A DNA stretch of 64,000 nt, taken from Bordetella parapertussis (lineage in GTDB: Bacteria > Pseudomonadota > Gammaproteobacteria > Burkholderiales > SG8-39). The stretch covers positions 75,960-139,959 of the forward strand of contig CAMDDU010000001.1 in the NCBI GenBank assembly GCA_945892985.1. Reading direction: 5' to 3'. Below, one piece after another: positions 44,460 to 53,323 of this stretch; position 1 is the stretch's first letter; the number at the start of each line of letters is the position of its first letter. A program made the position numbers and the translations under genes. The notes beneath the pieces are model-generated. The model was not told where the DNA came from and searched no databases. It saw nothing but the letters and a program-made list of their open reading frames with translations.

Positions 44460-46415
44460 TTGCACGAGGCTGGGCAACTCGACAGTGCAGAGGCGGCCTA
44501 CCGCACACTTCTGGCGCGCGCGCCCGGGCACGGCGCCGCGATCCACCTGCTTGGCTTGATCAGCCATCAACGCGGCGATCACTTCACCGCGCTGCGCGAG
44601 ATCGAGCGCGCCATCGCGATAGACAATGCCGTGCCGCTCTATCACTTCAATCGCGGTAACGTCCTGCTTGCGCTCGGCAGACCGGATGAAGCTTGCATGG
44701 CTTTTAACGCCGCGCTGGTGATCAAGCCGGACTATGCGGCGGCACGCTACAACCACGCCAAATCATTGGCACAACTGCAGCGGTACGCCGAGGCGATTAG
44801 CGCGTTTCGGACCCTGCCAGCCGACCTGCCCGGGCTACGGCACGACTTTGCCATGGCCCTGCTCGGCGAGGCGGCCAGGCATGGCGGCGATGAAAACGCG
44901 CTTTTGGACGAGGCGATCGGGCTGCAGGCCAAATCCTGGCAGTCCGCCCCCGATCCGTTCGAAGCACGGGCGGCGCTTGGCTGGGCGCTGGAACAGCGCA
45001 AACGCTGGAGCGAAGCGGCCGGGGAGTACGAAGGTGCACTAGCGCTCAATCCGGGCTCGGCAAAGGTGCACAACAACCTTGCCAATTGCTACAACCAGCT
45101 GGGGCGCATCAGCGAGGCGGTGGAACATTACCGCACGCTGTATGCGATCGCCCCGGATTTTCCCGATGCCCTGACCAGCGTGCTGGCCAACCTCAACTAT
45201 GATCCGGCGGCGACCCCGCAACAAGTGTTCGAGGAACACTGCGCCTGGGCTCAAGCGGCGGCGTCCCCGCATTACCGCTCCGAGCCTCGCTTCGACAACA
45301 ATGCTGACGCGGCGCGTCCCCTGCGCGTGGGCTTTATTTCTCCCGACCTGCGCCGCCACCCGGTGAGTTATATTTTTGCGCCCATTCTCGCCGCCTTCGA
45401 TCCGCGCAAAGTTGAAACGGTCTGCTATTACAACTTCCCGCAAAAGGATGTCGTCACCGAAAGGCTGCAAGCGCTGGCGCACACCTGGCGTGACGTCGCC
45501 GCGCTGTCCGACGAGCAATTGCATGACCTCGTTCGAAGTGACCGCATAGACATCCTGGTGGACCTTGCCGGTCACACCATCCATAACCGCCTGATGGTGT
45601 TTGCCCGCCGCGCAGCGCCGCTGCAGGTTAGTTGGCTCGGTTATTTCAATACCACCGGCCTCGCAAGCATGGATTACTTCATTTCCGATCCGCACTCGTC
45701 CCCAGCGGGTCAGGAGCAGTATTTCAGCGAAAAGCTGCTCCGCCTGCCAGACACGCGCTTCTGTTACCAAGCCTCGGAATTCATGCCGCCGGTTAGCCAG
45801 CCGCCTTTCTTGCGCAACGGCCATATCAGCTTCGGCTGTTTCAACAACCTGTCCAAGGTGAACGCGCGCGTTTTGCAGGTTTGGGCGGGCGTGCTCGCCG
45901 CAGTTCCGCAATCGCGCCTGATATTGCAGGCTTCGGCCCTCGATGATGTTTCAAACCGCGAACGCTTCACGCAGCTTGCAAGCCGCGCCGGGATCGCGCC
46001 TGAGCGGCTGCAGTTGCACGGCTTCAAGCCGGTTGCCGCCGCGCCCTTCGCCTATCACGATATCGACATCGCACTCGATCCATTTCCTTTTTGCGGCGGC
46101 ATGACCAGCCTCGAGTCGCTATGGATGGGCGTGCCGGTCGTCACCCTGGCACAGACGATGATCGCCGGACGCCAGACTATGTCCCTGTTGGCTAACCTGG
46201 GGCTGGATGACCTGGTTGCAGAAGACGAGCAAGCCTATATCGACATCGCCAACAGGCTGGCACAAGACCGCGTCCGCTTGGCCGAACTGCGCAAAACCCT
46301 GCGCCCCCGATTCGCAGCGTCCCCGTTGCAGGACTATGCAAAATTCACCCGCTCGCTCGAAGACGCCTTCCACGGCATGTGGCGTACCCGGCTGGCAGCA
46401 AGAACGGGCCCGTAA
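44460..46415 (+). CDS. TPR-repeat protein with a C-terminal SPINDLY/O-GlcNAc-transferase-like (GT41) domain
   Basis: About 651 aa. It has N-terminal TPRs (AEAAYRTLLARAPGHGAAIHLLGLI...). The C-terminal part (LRVGFISPDLRRHPV, DILVDLAGHT, SWLGYFNTTG, GCFNNLSKV, LDPFPFCGGMTS) is COG3914-like. The start is uncertain: TTG 44460 is the first canonical start but the TPR seems to begin upstream. Confidence 0.8.
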   Translation: MHEAGQLDSAEAAYRTLLARAPGHGAAIHLLGLISHQRGDHFTALREIERAIAIDNAVPLYHFNRGNVLLALGRPDEACMAFNAALVIKPDYAAARYNHAKSLAQLQRYAEAISAFRTLPADLPGLRHDFAMALLGEAARHGGDENALLDEAIGLQAKSWQSAPDPFEARAALGWALEQRKRWSEAAGEYEGALALNPGSAKVHNNLANCYNQLGRISEAVEHYRTLYAIAPDFPDALTSVLANLNYDPAATPQQVFEEHCAWAQAAASPHYRSEPRFDNNADAARPLRVGFISPDLRRHPVSYIFAPILAAFDPRKVETVCYYNFPQKDVVTERLQALAHTWRDVAALSDEQLHDLVRSDRIDILVDLAGHTIHNRLMVFARRAAPLQVSWLGYFNTTGLASMDYFISDPHSSPAGQEQYFSEKLLRLPDTRFCYQASEFMPPVSQPPFLRNGHISFGCFNNLSKVNARVLQVWAGVLAAVPQSRLILQASALDDVSNRERFTQLASRAGIAPERLQLHGFKPVAAAPFAYHDIDIALDPFPFCGGMTSLESLWMGVPVVTLAQTMIAGRQTMSLLANLGLDDLVAEDEQAYIDIANRLAQDRVRLAELRKTLRPRFAASPLQDYAKFTRSLEDAFHGMWRTRLAARTGP

Positions 46416-46458
46416 TACCGGCAGGCCCGAAATCAATACCAGCGATTACACTGTAGCC

Positions 46459-48045
46459 ATGCTGACAAAACATCACCTAAAACTTAAGCGCTTCCTGCGA
46501 AGCATCGCACTTTTGTTTTTCGCCTCGCTCGCCATCGCCGCGCAGGCCGCACAGCTGCGTATCGGGCTTGGGGCGGATGTGACTTCGATCGACCCGCATC
46601 AGATCAATATCGCTCCCAACAACGCGGTTGACTGGCATATTTTCGAGGCGCTGACACATGTGGACGCCGACACGCGCCTTGTTCCGGGGCTGGCGACGTC
46701 ATGGCGTGCCATCGACGGCACAACCTGGGAGTTCAAGCTGCGCCGCGGCGTGAAATTTCACGATGGCGCAGAGTTTACGGCAGAAGACGTGGCTTTTTCC
46801 ATTGACCGCGCCACCGAACTTGGTGCCAAGGGCGGACAGTTCGCCAATTTCGTCAAGCCCATCGTGTCGAGACAAATCCTTGACCCCTACACCATCCGCT
46901 TCAAAACTGCGACGCCCTACGCCATATTGCCTTACGACCTGAATTCGATCTATATCGTTTCGCGCAAGTCGGCAGCCGGCGCCGGCACGGAAGATTTCAA
47001 TTCGGGCAAGGCCGCCATTGGCACCGGCCCCTTCAAGCTGGCCACATTCAGGCGCGGCGATCGCGTTGAATTGGTCCGGAATGAAAGCTACTGGGCTGAC
47101 AAGCCTGTCTGGCAGAAAGTGACCTTGCGCATCCTGCCCAGCGACCCGGCTCGAACCGCCGCGCTGCTGGCCGGCGACGTCGACGCCATTGAAAACATAC
47201 CAACCGCCGATACAGCACGCATCAAGGCGAACGCCAATTTTCGGCTTGAGCAAAAGGTCTCCTGGCGAACAATTTTTTTCCATCTTGACCAGTACCGCGA
47301 CCATCCTCCCGGCGTGACTGACAAAAACGGCAAGACCCTGGCAAAAAACCCATTCCAGGATGTGCGTGTGCGTGAAGCGCTCGCCCTTGCCATTAACCGT
47401 CAGGCTATTGTCGAGCGCGCCATGGAAGGCTTTGCCGTGGCGGCGGGCAATATCGTCGCGCCACCGGTATTCGGCCATAACGCCACCGTCAAGCCAGCCG
47501 CTTACGATCCAGATGCCGCGAAAAAATTGCTCGCCGCCGCCGGTTACCCAGACGGATTTTCGATCGTCCTTGCCGCACCCAACAATCGCTATGTCAATGA
47601 TGACCAGGTCGCTCAGGTCGTCGCGCAAATGCTGGCAAGAGTCGGTATCAGCGTATCGCGTGTCGAAACCCATCCAGCCGCGAGCTATTTCACCAAGGCG
47701 CGTAATGGCGACTTTGCTTTTGCCATGCTCGGCTGGGGATCGTTTGGCGCGGACTTGGCGCTGCGCACACTGGTGGCCACCAGCAATGCCGAAAAGGGAT
47801 ACGGCACCTGGAATTGGGGGCGCTACAGCAACCCGCGGGTTGATCAATTAGTCGAACAGGCGCTTGCCTCGGTCGACCCGGCCAGACGCGAAGCGGCGGC
47901 ACGCGAAGCCATGGGCATCGCCATGAGGGACTATGCCCTCATCCCGGTGCACCACCAGATCGCCTCTTGGGCGATGAAAAAGGGACTCGCCTATACGCCC
48001 CGCACCGATGAGTTTACTTTCGCGCAACACTTCCGGCCGCAGTAA
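46459..48045 (+). CDS. ABC transporter substrate-binding protein, family 5 (DppA/OppA/NikA-like)
   Basis: 528 aa from ATG 46459. The signal is MLTKHHLKLKRFLRSIALLFFASLAIAAQA. It has SIDPH, GLATSW and KFHDGAEFTAEDVAFS motifs. Confidence 0.88.
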   Translation: MLTKHHLKLKRFLRSIALLFFASLAIAAQAAQLRIGLGADVTSIDPHQINIAPNNAVDWHIFEALTHVDADTRLVPGLATSWRAIDGTTWEFKLRRGVKFHDGAEFTAEDVAFSIDRATELGAKGGQFANFVKPIVSRQILDPYTIRFKTATPYAILPYDLNSIYIVSRKSAAGAGTEDFNSGKAAIGTGPFKLATFRRGDRVELVRNESYWADKPVWQKVTLRILPSDPARTAALLAGDVDAIENIPTADTARIKANANFRLEQKVSWRTIFFHLDQYRDHPPGVTDKNGKTLAKNPFQDVRVREALALAINRQAIVERAMEGFAVAAGNIVAPPVFGHNATVKPAAYDPDAAKKLLAAAGYPDGFSIVLAAPNNRYVNDDQVAQVVAQMLARVGISVSRVETHPAASYFTKARNGDFAFAMLGWGSFGADLALRTLVATSNAEKGYGTWNWGRYSNPRVDQLVEQALASVDPARREAAAREAMGIAMRDYALIPVHHQIASWAMKKGLAYTPRTDEFTFAQHFRPQ

Positions 48046-48063
48046 GCGCAAAGCACTGACAGA

Positions 48064-49041
48064 ATGCTCGTCTACATCATCCGCCGGTTGATGCAAAGCG
48101 TGTTGGTGCTGTTCGCCATGTCTGTTCTGGTCTTCGCCGGGGTATTTGCCATCGGCAATCCGGTCGACATCCTCATCAACCCGCAGGCGGACCAGGCGGA
48201 GATTGCCCGGGTTACCACCGCCATGGGACTGGACAAACCGCTTTGGGAGCAATACACCGTGTTCCTCAAGCAGGCGGCGGTGGGTGATCTGGGCAAATCA
48301 TTTGTCTACAACATACCGGCGATAAAACTCATTCTCGAACGCCTGCCCGCGACGATGGAATTAGCCCTCTCAGCCATGCTGATTGCCGTGTTGCTGGGAA
48401 TTCCGCTCGGACTATGGGCCGGCATGCGTCCGGATTCCTGGCCCGGCAGGTTGATCATGAGCGGATCCATACTCGGCTTTTCCCTGCCCACCTTCTGGGT
48501 CGGACTGATGCTGATCATGGTGTTCTCCGTTCAACTCGGATGGCTGCCCTCCAACGGCCGCGGCGAGACGCGCGAGCTATTGGGCGTGGCGGTCAGTTTT
48601 CTCACCATCGACGGCCTGTCCCATCTGCTCATGCCGGCCGTCAATCTGGCTTTGTTCAAACTCTCTCTGATCATACGGCTCACCCGGTCGGGCACCCGCG
48701 AGGCCCTGCAGCAGGACTACGTGAAGTTCGCCCGCGCCAAGGGTCTGCCCATGCGCCGCGTGATCGGCGTGCACGTGCTAAAAAACATCATGATTCCCAT
48801 TATCACGGTCATAGGCTTGGAGTTTGGATCGGTCATCGCCTTCGCCATCGTCACCGAATCGGTGTTCGCCTGGCCAGGCATGGGCAAGCTCATCATCGAC
48901 TCGATCAACCTGCTAGACCGTCCCGTCATCGTGGCGTATCTGTGCGTCATCGTGATCTTGTTCATATTCATCAATCTCGCCGTCGACCTGGTGTATTCGC
49001 TACTCGACCCCAGGGTGCGCCTCGTCGATGCGCAGCGCTGA
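48064..49041 (+). CDS. ABC transporter permease (DppB/OppB-like)
   Basis: 325 aa. It has the MLVYIIRRLMQSVLVLFAMSVLVF N-terminus and an EAA-type loop (DYVKFARAKGL). Confidence 0.9.
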   Translation: MLVYIIRRLMQSVLVLFAMSVLVFAGVFAIGNPVDILINPQADQAEIARVTTAMGLDKPLWEQYTVFLKQAAVGDLGKSFVYNIPAIKLILERLPATMELALSAMLIAVLLGIPLGLWAGMRPDSWPGRLIMSGSILGFSLPTFWVGLMLIMVFSVQLGWLPSNGRGETRELLGVAVSFLTIDGLSHLLMPAVNLALFKLSLIIRLTRSGTREALQQDYVKFARAKGLPMRRVIGVHVLKNIMIPIITVIGLEFGSVIAFAIVTESVFAWPGMGKLIIDSINLLDRPVIVAYLCVIVILFIFINLAVDLVYSLLDPRVRLVDAQR

Positions 49042-49044
49042 ATC

Positions 49045-49929
49045 ATGACAGCCGACCAGACGCCTTTTCAGCGCATTTGTGCCGATTTCGCCGCCAGCCG
49101 GACGGCCCTTGCCGGGCTCGCCCTGCTCGTCCTTATTCTGCTCGTTGCGGTCCTCGCGCCCCTCGTTTCACCACAAAACCCCTACGACCTCGCGCAACTG
49201 GATGTGCTGGACAGCCGACTGCCGCCGGGTGCGCAGTCGGGCGACGGAAAAATGACCCACTGGCTTGGCACCGACGATCAGGGGCGCGACATGCTATCGG
49301 GCATTTTTTACGGGCTGCGCATCTCCATCTTTGTCGGCATCAGCGCCACTGTGGCCGCGCTGAGCATCGGCCTGGCGGTCGGCCTGTTGGCGGCCTACTT
49401 TGGCGGCAGGACTGACACCATCATCATGCGCATCGTCGATATCCAGCTGTCGTTTCCCGCCATACTCATCGCTCTCATTCTGCTGGCATTGCTTGGCCAG
49501 GGCACTGGCAAGATCATCATTGCCCTGATCACCGTGCAATGGGCCTACTACGCGCGCACCGTGCGCGGCACCGCACTGGTGGAGCGGCGCAAGGAATACA
49601 TCGAGGCCGCCGCATGCCTCGCGCTCTCCCCCACCCGCATTGTGTTCCGCCACCTGCTGCCAAACTGCCTTCCACCGCTGATCGTGGTTGCAACGGTTCA
49701 GGTCGCGGCGGCGATCGCCCTCGAAGCCACGCTATCTTTCCTTGGCCTCGGCCTGCCCATTACCGAACCTTCGCTTGGCCTGCTGATCGCCAATGGATTT
49801 TCCTACTTGCTCTCGGGAAAGTACTGGATAAGTTTTTTCCCCGGACTGGCGCTGCTGCTCACCATCGTAAGCATCAACCTCGTCGCCGACCAACTGCGCG
49901 ACGTGCTCAACCCAAGGCTGCAAAAATGA
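49045..49929 (+). CDS. ABC transporter permease (DppC/OppC-like)
   Basis: 294 aa. HWLGTDDQGRDMLS and EYIEAAACLALS are typical motifs. Confidence 0.9.
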   Translation: MTADQTPFQRICADFAASRTALAGLALLVLILLVAVLAPLVSPQNPYDLAQLDVLDSRLPPGAQSGDGKMTHWLGTDDQGRDMLSGIFYGLRISIFVGISATVAALSIGLAVGLLAAYFGGRTDTIIMRIVDIQLSFPAILIALILLALLGQGTGKIIIALITVQWAYYARTVRGTALVERRKEYIEAAACLALSPTRIVFRHLLPNCLPPLIVVATVQVAAAIALEATLSFLGLGLPITEPSLGLLIANGFSYLLSGKYWISFFPGLALLLTIVSINLVADQLRDVLNPRLQK

Positions 49930-50942
49930 GCGACACGGTGTTGAGCGTAAAGGGATTGCAAACGCATTTTTTTACCAGGCAGGGCGTGATCCGGGCCGTG
50001 GATGACGTCAGCTTTTCAGTCGCACGCGGCAAGATCATGGGACTGGTGGGCGAATCCGGATCTGGAAAATCGATGACCGGCTATTCCCTCATGGGCCTGA
50101 TTGATCCGCCGGGGCAGATAGTTTCGGGGCAGATTCTGCTGAACGGGCAGGACCTGCGCACCCTCGGCCCCGCGGCCATGCAGAAGCTGCGCGGCGATCG
50201 CATCGCGATGATCTTTCAGGATCCAATGATGACGCTCAACCCGGTGTTACGCGTGGACACCCAGATGGTCGAGGCCATCCACGCACATCGAAATATTTCC
50301 GCGAAGGCCGCGCTTGCCGAGGCGCGTGATGCGCTGGAGCGCGTCGGCATCCCCTCCCCCGACGAGCGCCTGAAGTCCTACCCCCACCAGTTCTCCGGCG
50401 GAATGCGCCAGCGCGTGGCTATCGCCATCGCCCTGCTCAACAAGCCCGATCTCATCATTGCCGATGAACCCACCACCGCGCTGGACGTCACCATCCAGGG
50501 GCAGATACTTCACGAAATGCAAAAGCTTTGCCGTGAATCGGGCACGGCGCTCATATGGATCACCCACGACTTGTCGGTCATCGCGGGGCTCGCCGACGAA
50601 GTCAGCGTCATGTATGCCGGAAAACTGGTCGAACAAGGCGGCGTCGACGATGTTCTGTCCCACCCCGCACATCCCTACACGCGCGGACTGATCCGGTCGG
50701 TTCCGGGCAGCAATGTGCGCGGAAAACCCCTGCATCAGATTCCCGGCATGACGCCATCCCTGCTGGACTTGCCCGTTGGATGCGCGTTTCGCGAGCGCTG
50801 CGACCGCGCCAGTGCCAGGTGCAACGCGGACCCTCTGCCGGAGCGGCGAACAAACGGCGGCGTATTCCGTTGCTTTCACTCCTGCGACGAAACAACATTG
50901 ATGGAAGCCACGACGGAAAAACCGACTGCAGCAACACCATGA
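49926..50942 (+). CDS. ABC transporter ATP-binding protein (DppD/OppD-like)
   Basis: 338 aa from ATG 49926 (ATGA overlap). Motifs are [32 protein letters not shown] and the C-terminal HPYTRGL. Confidence 0.9.
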   Translation: MSDTVLSVKGLQTHFFTRQGVIRAVDDVSFSVARGKIMGLVGESGSGKSMTGYSLMGLIDPPGQIVSGQILLNGQDLRTLGPAAMQKLRGDRIAMIFQDPMMTLNPVLRVDTQMVEAIHAHRNISAKAALAEARDALERVGIPSPDERLKSYPHQFSGGMRQRVAIAIALLNKPDLIIADEPTTALDVTIQGQILHEMQKLCRESGTALIWITHDLSVIAGLADEVSVMYAGKLVEQGGVDDVLSHPAHPYTRGLIRSVPGSNVRGKPLHQIPGMTPSLLDLPVGCAFRERCDRASARCNADPLPERRTNGGVFRCFHSCDETTLMEATTEKPTAATP

Positions 50943-51940
50943 CCCTACCCGCCCTGCTGCAACTTCACGGCGTTTCGCGCCGCTTCGTCAAACAACTGGA
51001 TGCCGCTGAAAAACTGGCAAATCTTCTCGGCGCAAATATTCGGGAAGAAGTGGTTCATGCCGTGGACAAGGTCGATCTGTGCGTCACGCAGGGCGAAGTG
51101 GTCGGCCTGGTGGGCGAGTCGGGCTGCGGCAAATCCACCCTGGGACGTCTTGCCACGGGCTTGCAACTTCCCGATGAGGGCGAGCGCCTTTGGCGCGGCA
51201 AGCCGGTCGCGACCATGCAGGCGGGCGAAAAACGCACGACGCAGTTGGCGATACAGATGATTTTTCAAGATCCCTACGCCTCACTCAATCCGCGCATGCG
51301 TGTCGAAGACATTGTTGGCGAGGCGCCAATCGTGCACGGACTGGTTTCAGTCGGAGAAAAGCGGGACTACGTCGCCAGCCTGCTGGAGAAAGTCGGCATG
51401 GACCCCAGCCTGATGCGACGGTTTCCGCATCAATTCTCAGGCGGGCAGCGCAGTCGCATCGGTATCGCGCGCGCCCTGGCGGTAAAACCGGAGTTTCTGG
51501 TCTGCGACGAGGCCGTGGCGGCGCTCGATGTATCCATACAGGCACAGGTTCTGAACCTGTTCATGGCTCTGCGCCACGATCTGGCGCTAACCTATTTGTT
51601 CATCAGCCACGACCTCGGCGTGGTACGCCACCTGTCCGACCGTGTCGTCATCATGTACCTTGGACGCGTGCTCGAAACCGCACCAACCGAAGCGCTTTTT
51701 TCCAGCCCCAATCATCCGTACACACAAGCCCTGCTTGCCGAAGTGCCGCGCCTTGATCTTCGACACCGCAGCTACGCGCTGATCAAGGGTGAAATCCCCT
51801 CACCGCTGCATCCTCCCTCCGGCTGCCATTTTCATCCGCGCTGCCCCCACGCCATGCCACGCTGCAAGACCGAACAACCCGCCCTGCGCGAAGTCGCCCC
51901 GCTGCGATTTACCGCATGCCATCTCAATGACCAGCCATGA
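50939..51940 (+). CDS. ABC transporter ATP-binding protein (DppF/OppF-like)
   Basis: 333 aa from ATG 50939 (ATGA overlap). Motifs are GESGCGKST, FSGGQRSRIGIA, LVCDEAVAALDV, HPYTQAL and a C-terminal CxFxxRCP. Confidence 0.9.
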   Translation: MTLPALLQLHGVSRRFVKQLDAAEKLANLLGANIREEVVHAVDKVDLCVTQGEVVGLVGESGCGKSTLGRLATGLQLPDEGERLWRGKPVATMQAGEKRTTQLAIQMIFQDPYASLNPRMRVEDIVGEAPIVHGLVSVGEKRDYVASLLEKVGMDPSLMRRFPHQFSGGQRSRIGIARALAVKPEFLVCDEAVAALDVSIQAQVLNLFMALRHDLALTYLFISHDLGVVRHLSDRVVIMYLGRVLETAPTEALFSSPNHPYTQALLAEVPRLDLRHRSYALIKGEIPSPLHPPSGCHFHPRCPHAMPRCKTEQPALREVAPLRFTACHLNDQP

Positions 51941-52060
51941 ACAGGCTTGAGCGCGGATGAATAGCCTGAAGAAGCACGACTGGCGCGGGTTTTCAGACTA
52001 TTGTACGGGCGCGCGTCCGCCATGCGCCCCTGGCACAAACCACGCCTCCGGCCGCGCACC

Positions 52061-53305
52061 ATGGCGGAGCCGTCCGTGAGCAGCGCCACGCCAGGAGCAC
52101 AAAGCAGCTACGCTGTTTTTCGCATTCGCGACTATCGCTTGCTGATCGGAGGATCTTTTCTCACGACCATCCTGCAACAAACCCAGGCCGTCGCTCTGGG
52201 CTGGGATATATACGAGCGTACCGGTTCGGCCATGGCCCTGGCCTTTATGGGACTTGTCCAATTCATCCCCGTCATGCTGCTATTTCTGCCCGCCGGCCAA
52301 CTCGCCGACCGCTACGACCGGCGCTGGATCATGGTGCTGTCGCAATTGCTGTGGTGCGCCGGATCTATCGAGCTCGCCGTGACTGCCTGGACCAATGCCA
52401 GTGTCAGTTGGATGTATATCGGGCTTGCCACCAGCGGCGCGGCGATGATGATCAATCGCCCCTCGCGCGATGCGCTGGTGCCACAGGTCGTACCACTGCC
52501 CCTGCTCGCCCGCGCGGTGGCATGGAACTCAAGCAGCTTTCAGATTGCATCGGTCGTCGGTCCGATGTTGGCGGGTATTTTTATCGCAATGGGCGGCGCC
52601 ATGCCTGTCTATGCGCTCAACGCCGTCCTGGCGATTGTTTCACTCGGGCTGACAATCGCTATCGGAGTACGTCCATCGGCAACAAAGCAGCGCGCAATTT
52701 CCTGGGGCGAGGCCTTCGCCGGGCTAGCCCATGTATGGAGGACCAAAGTCATCCTCGGACTGATGGCGATCGATTTGTTTGTCATCATCATGGGCGGCGT
52801 TTCTGCCTTGTTACCGATCTTCGCCAAGGACATCCTTCATGTCGGTCCCGCCGGTCTGGGCTGGCTCTCGGCCGCCCCGGCGCTCGGAGCCATTGCCATG
52901 GCCCTGCTGCAAGGCCATCGCCGGCCTTACAAAAGAAGCGGTCGCATCTTCATCGTGGCGATGGCCGGATATAGCACGGCCATGCTGACCTTCGGATTAT
53001 CGCACTGGTTCTGGCTGTCGTTCGCCGCGTTGCTGTTCGGCGGAGCCTGTGATTTCACCGGTGCGGTCATACGCCAGACCGTATTGCAGCTGCAAACACC
53101 CGACAATTTGAGGGGCCGCGTATCCGCGGTCAACCGCGTTTTCATCAGCTCATCCAACGAACTCGGTGCCTTCCGCGCCGGCCTGCTAACCTCTTTAGGC
53201 AGCCCGGCGGTAACCGTAGTGGCAGGCGGCATCGCCACGCTGGCGTTCGTGGCTGTCGGCATCCGCCTGTTCCCATCCTTGCGCCGGCTAGGCCGGCTTG
53301 AATAA
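52061..53305 (+). CDS. MFS transporter (EntS/MFS_3-like)
   Basis: About 414 aa with 12 predicted hydrophobic segments. FRIRDYRLLIGGSFLT and PAGQLADRYDRR are typical motifs. The start was chosen at the third in-frame ATG and is uncertain. Confidence 0.8.
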   Translation: MAEPSVSSATPGAQSSYAVFRIRDYRLLIGGSFLTTILQQTQAVALGWDIYERTGSAMALAFMGLVQFIPVMLLFLPAGQLADRYDRRWIMVLSQLLWCAGSIELAVTAWTNASVSWMYIGLATSGAAMMINRPSRDALVPQVVPLPLLARAVAWNSSSFQIASVVGPMLAGIFIAMGGAMPVYALNAVLAIVSLGLTIAIGVRPSATKQRAISWGEAFAGLAHVWRTKVILGLMAIDLFVIIMGGVSALLPIFAKDILHVGPAGLGWLSAAPALGAIAMALLQGHRRPYKRSGRIFIVAMAGYSTAMLTFGLSHWFWLSFAALLFGGACDFTGAVIRQTVLQLQTPDNLRGRVSAVNRVFISSSNELGAFRAGLLTSLGSPAVTVVAGGIATLAFVAVGIRLFPSLRRLGRLE

Positions 53306-53323
53306 CGCGGCAGCCCTGCGCTG

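Noticed and set aside
45039-45911. 290-aa minus-strand ORF
   Set aside because: It is antisense to the TPR/GT41 gene and has shadow-ORF composition.
46699-47847. 382-aa minus-strand ORF
   Set aside because: It is antisense to the family-5 substrate-binding protein gene and no motifs were recognised.
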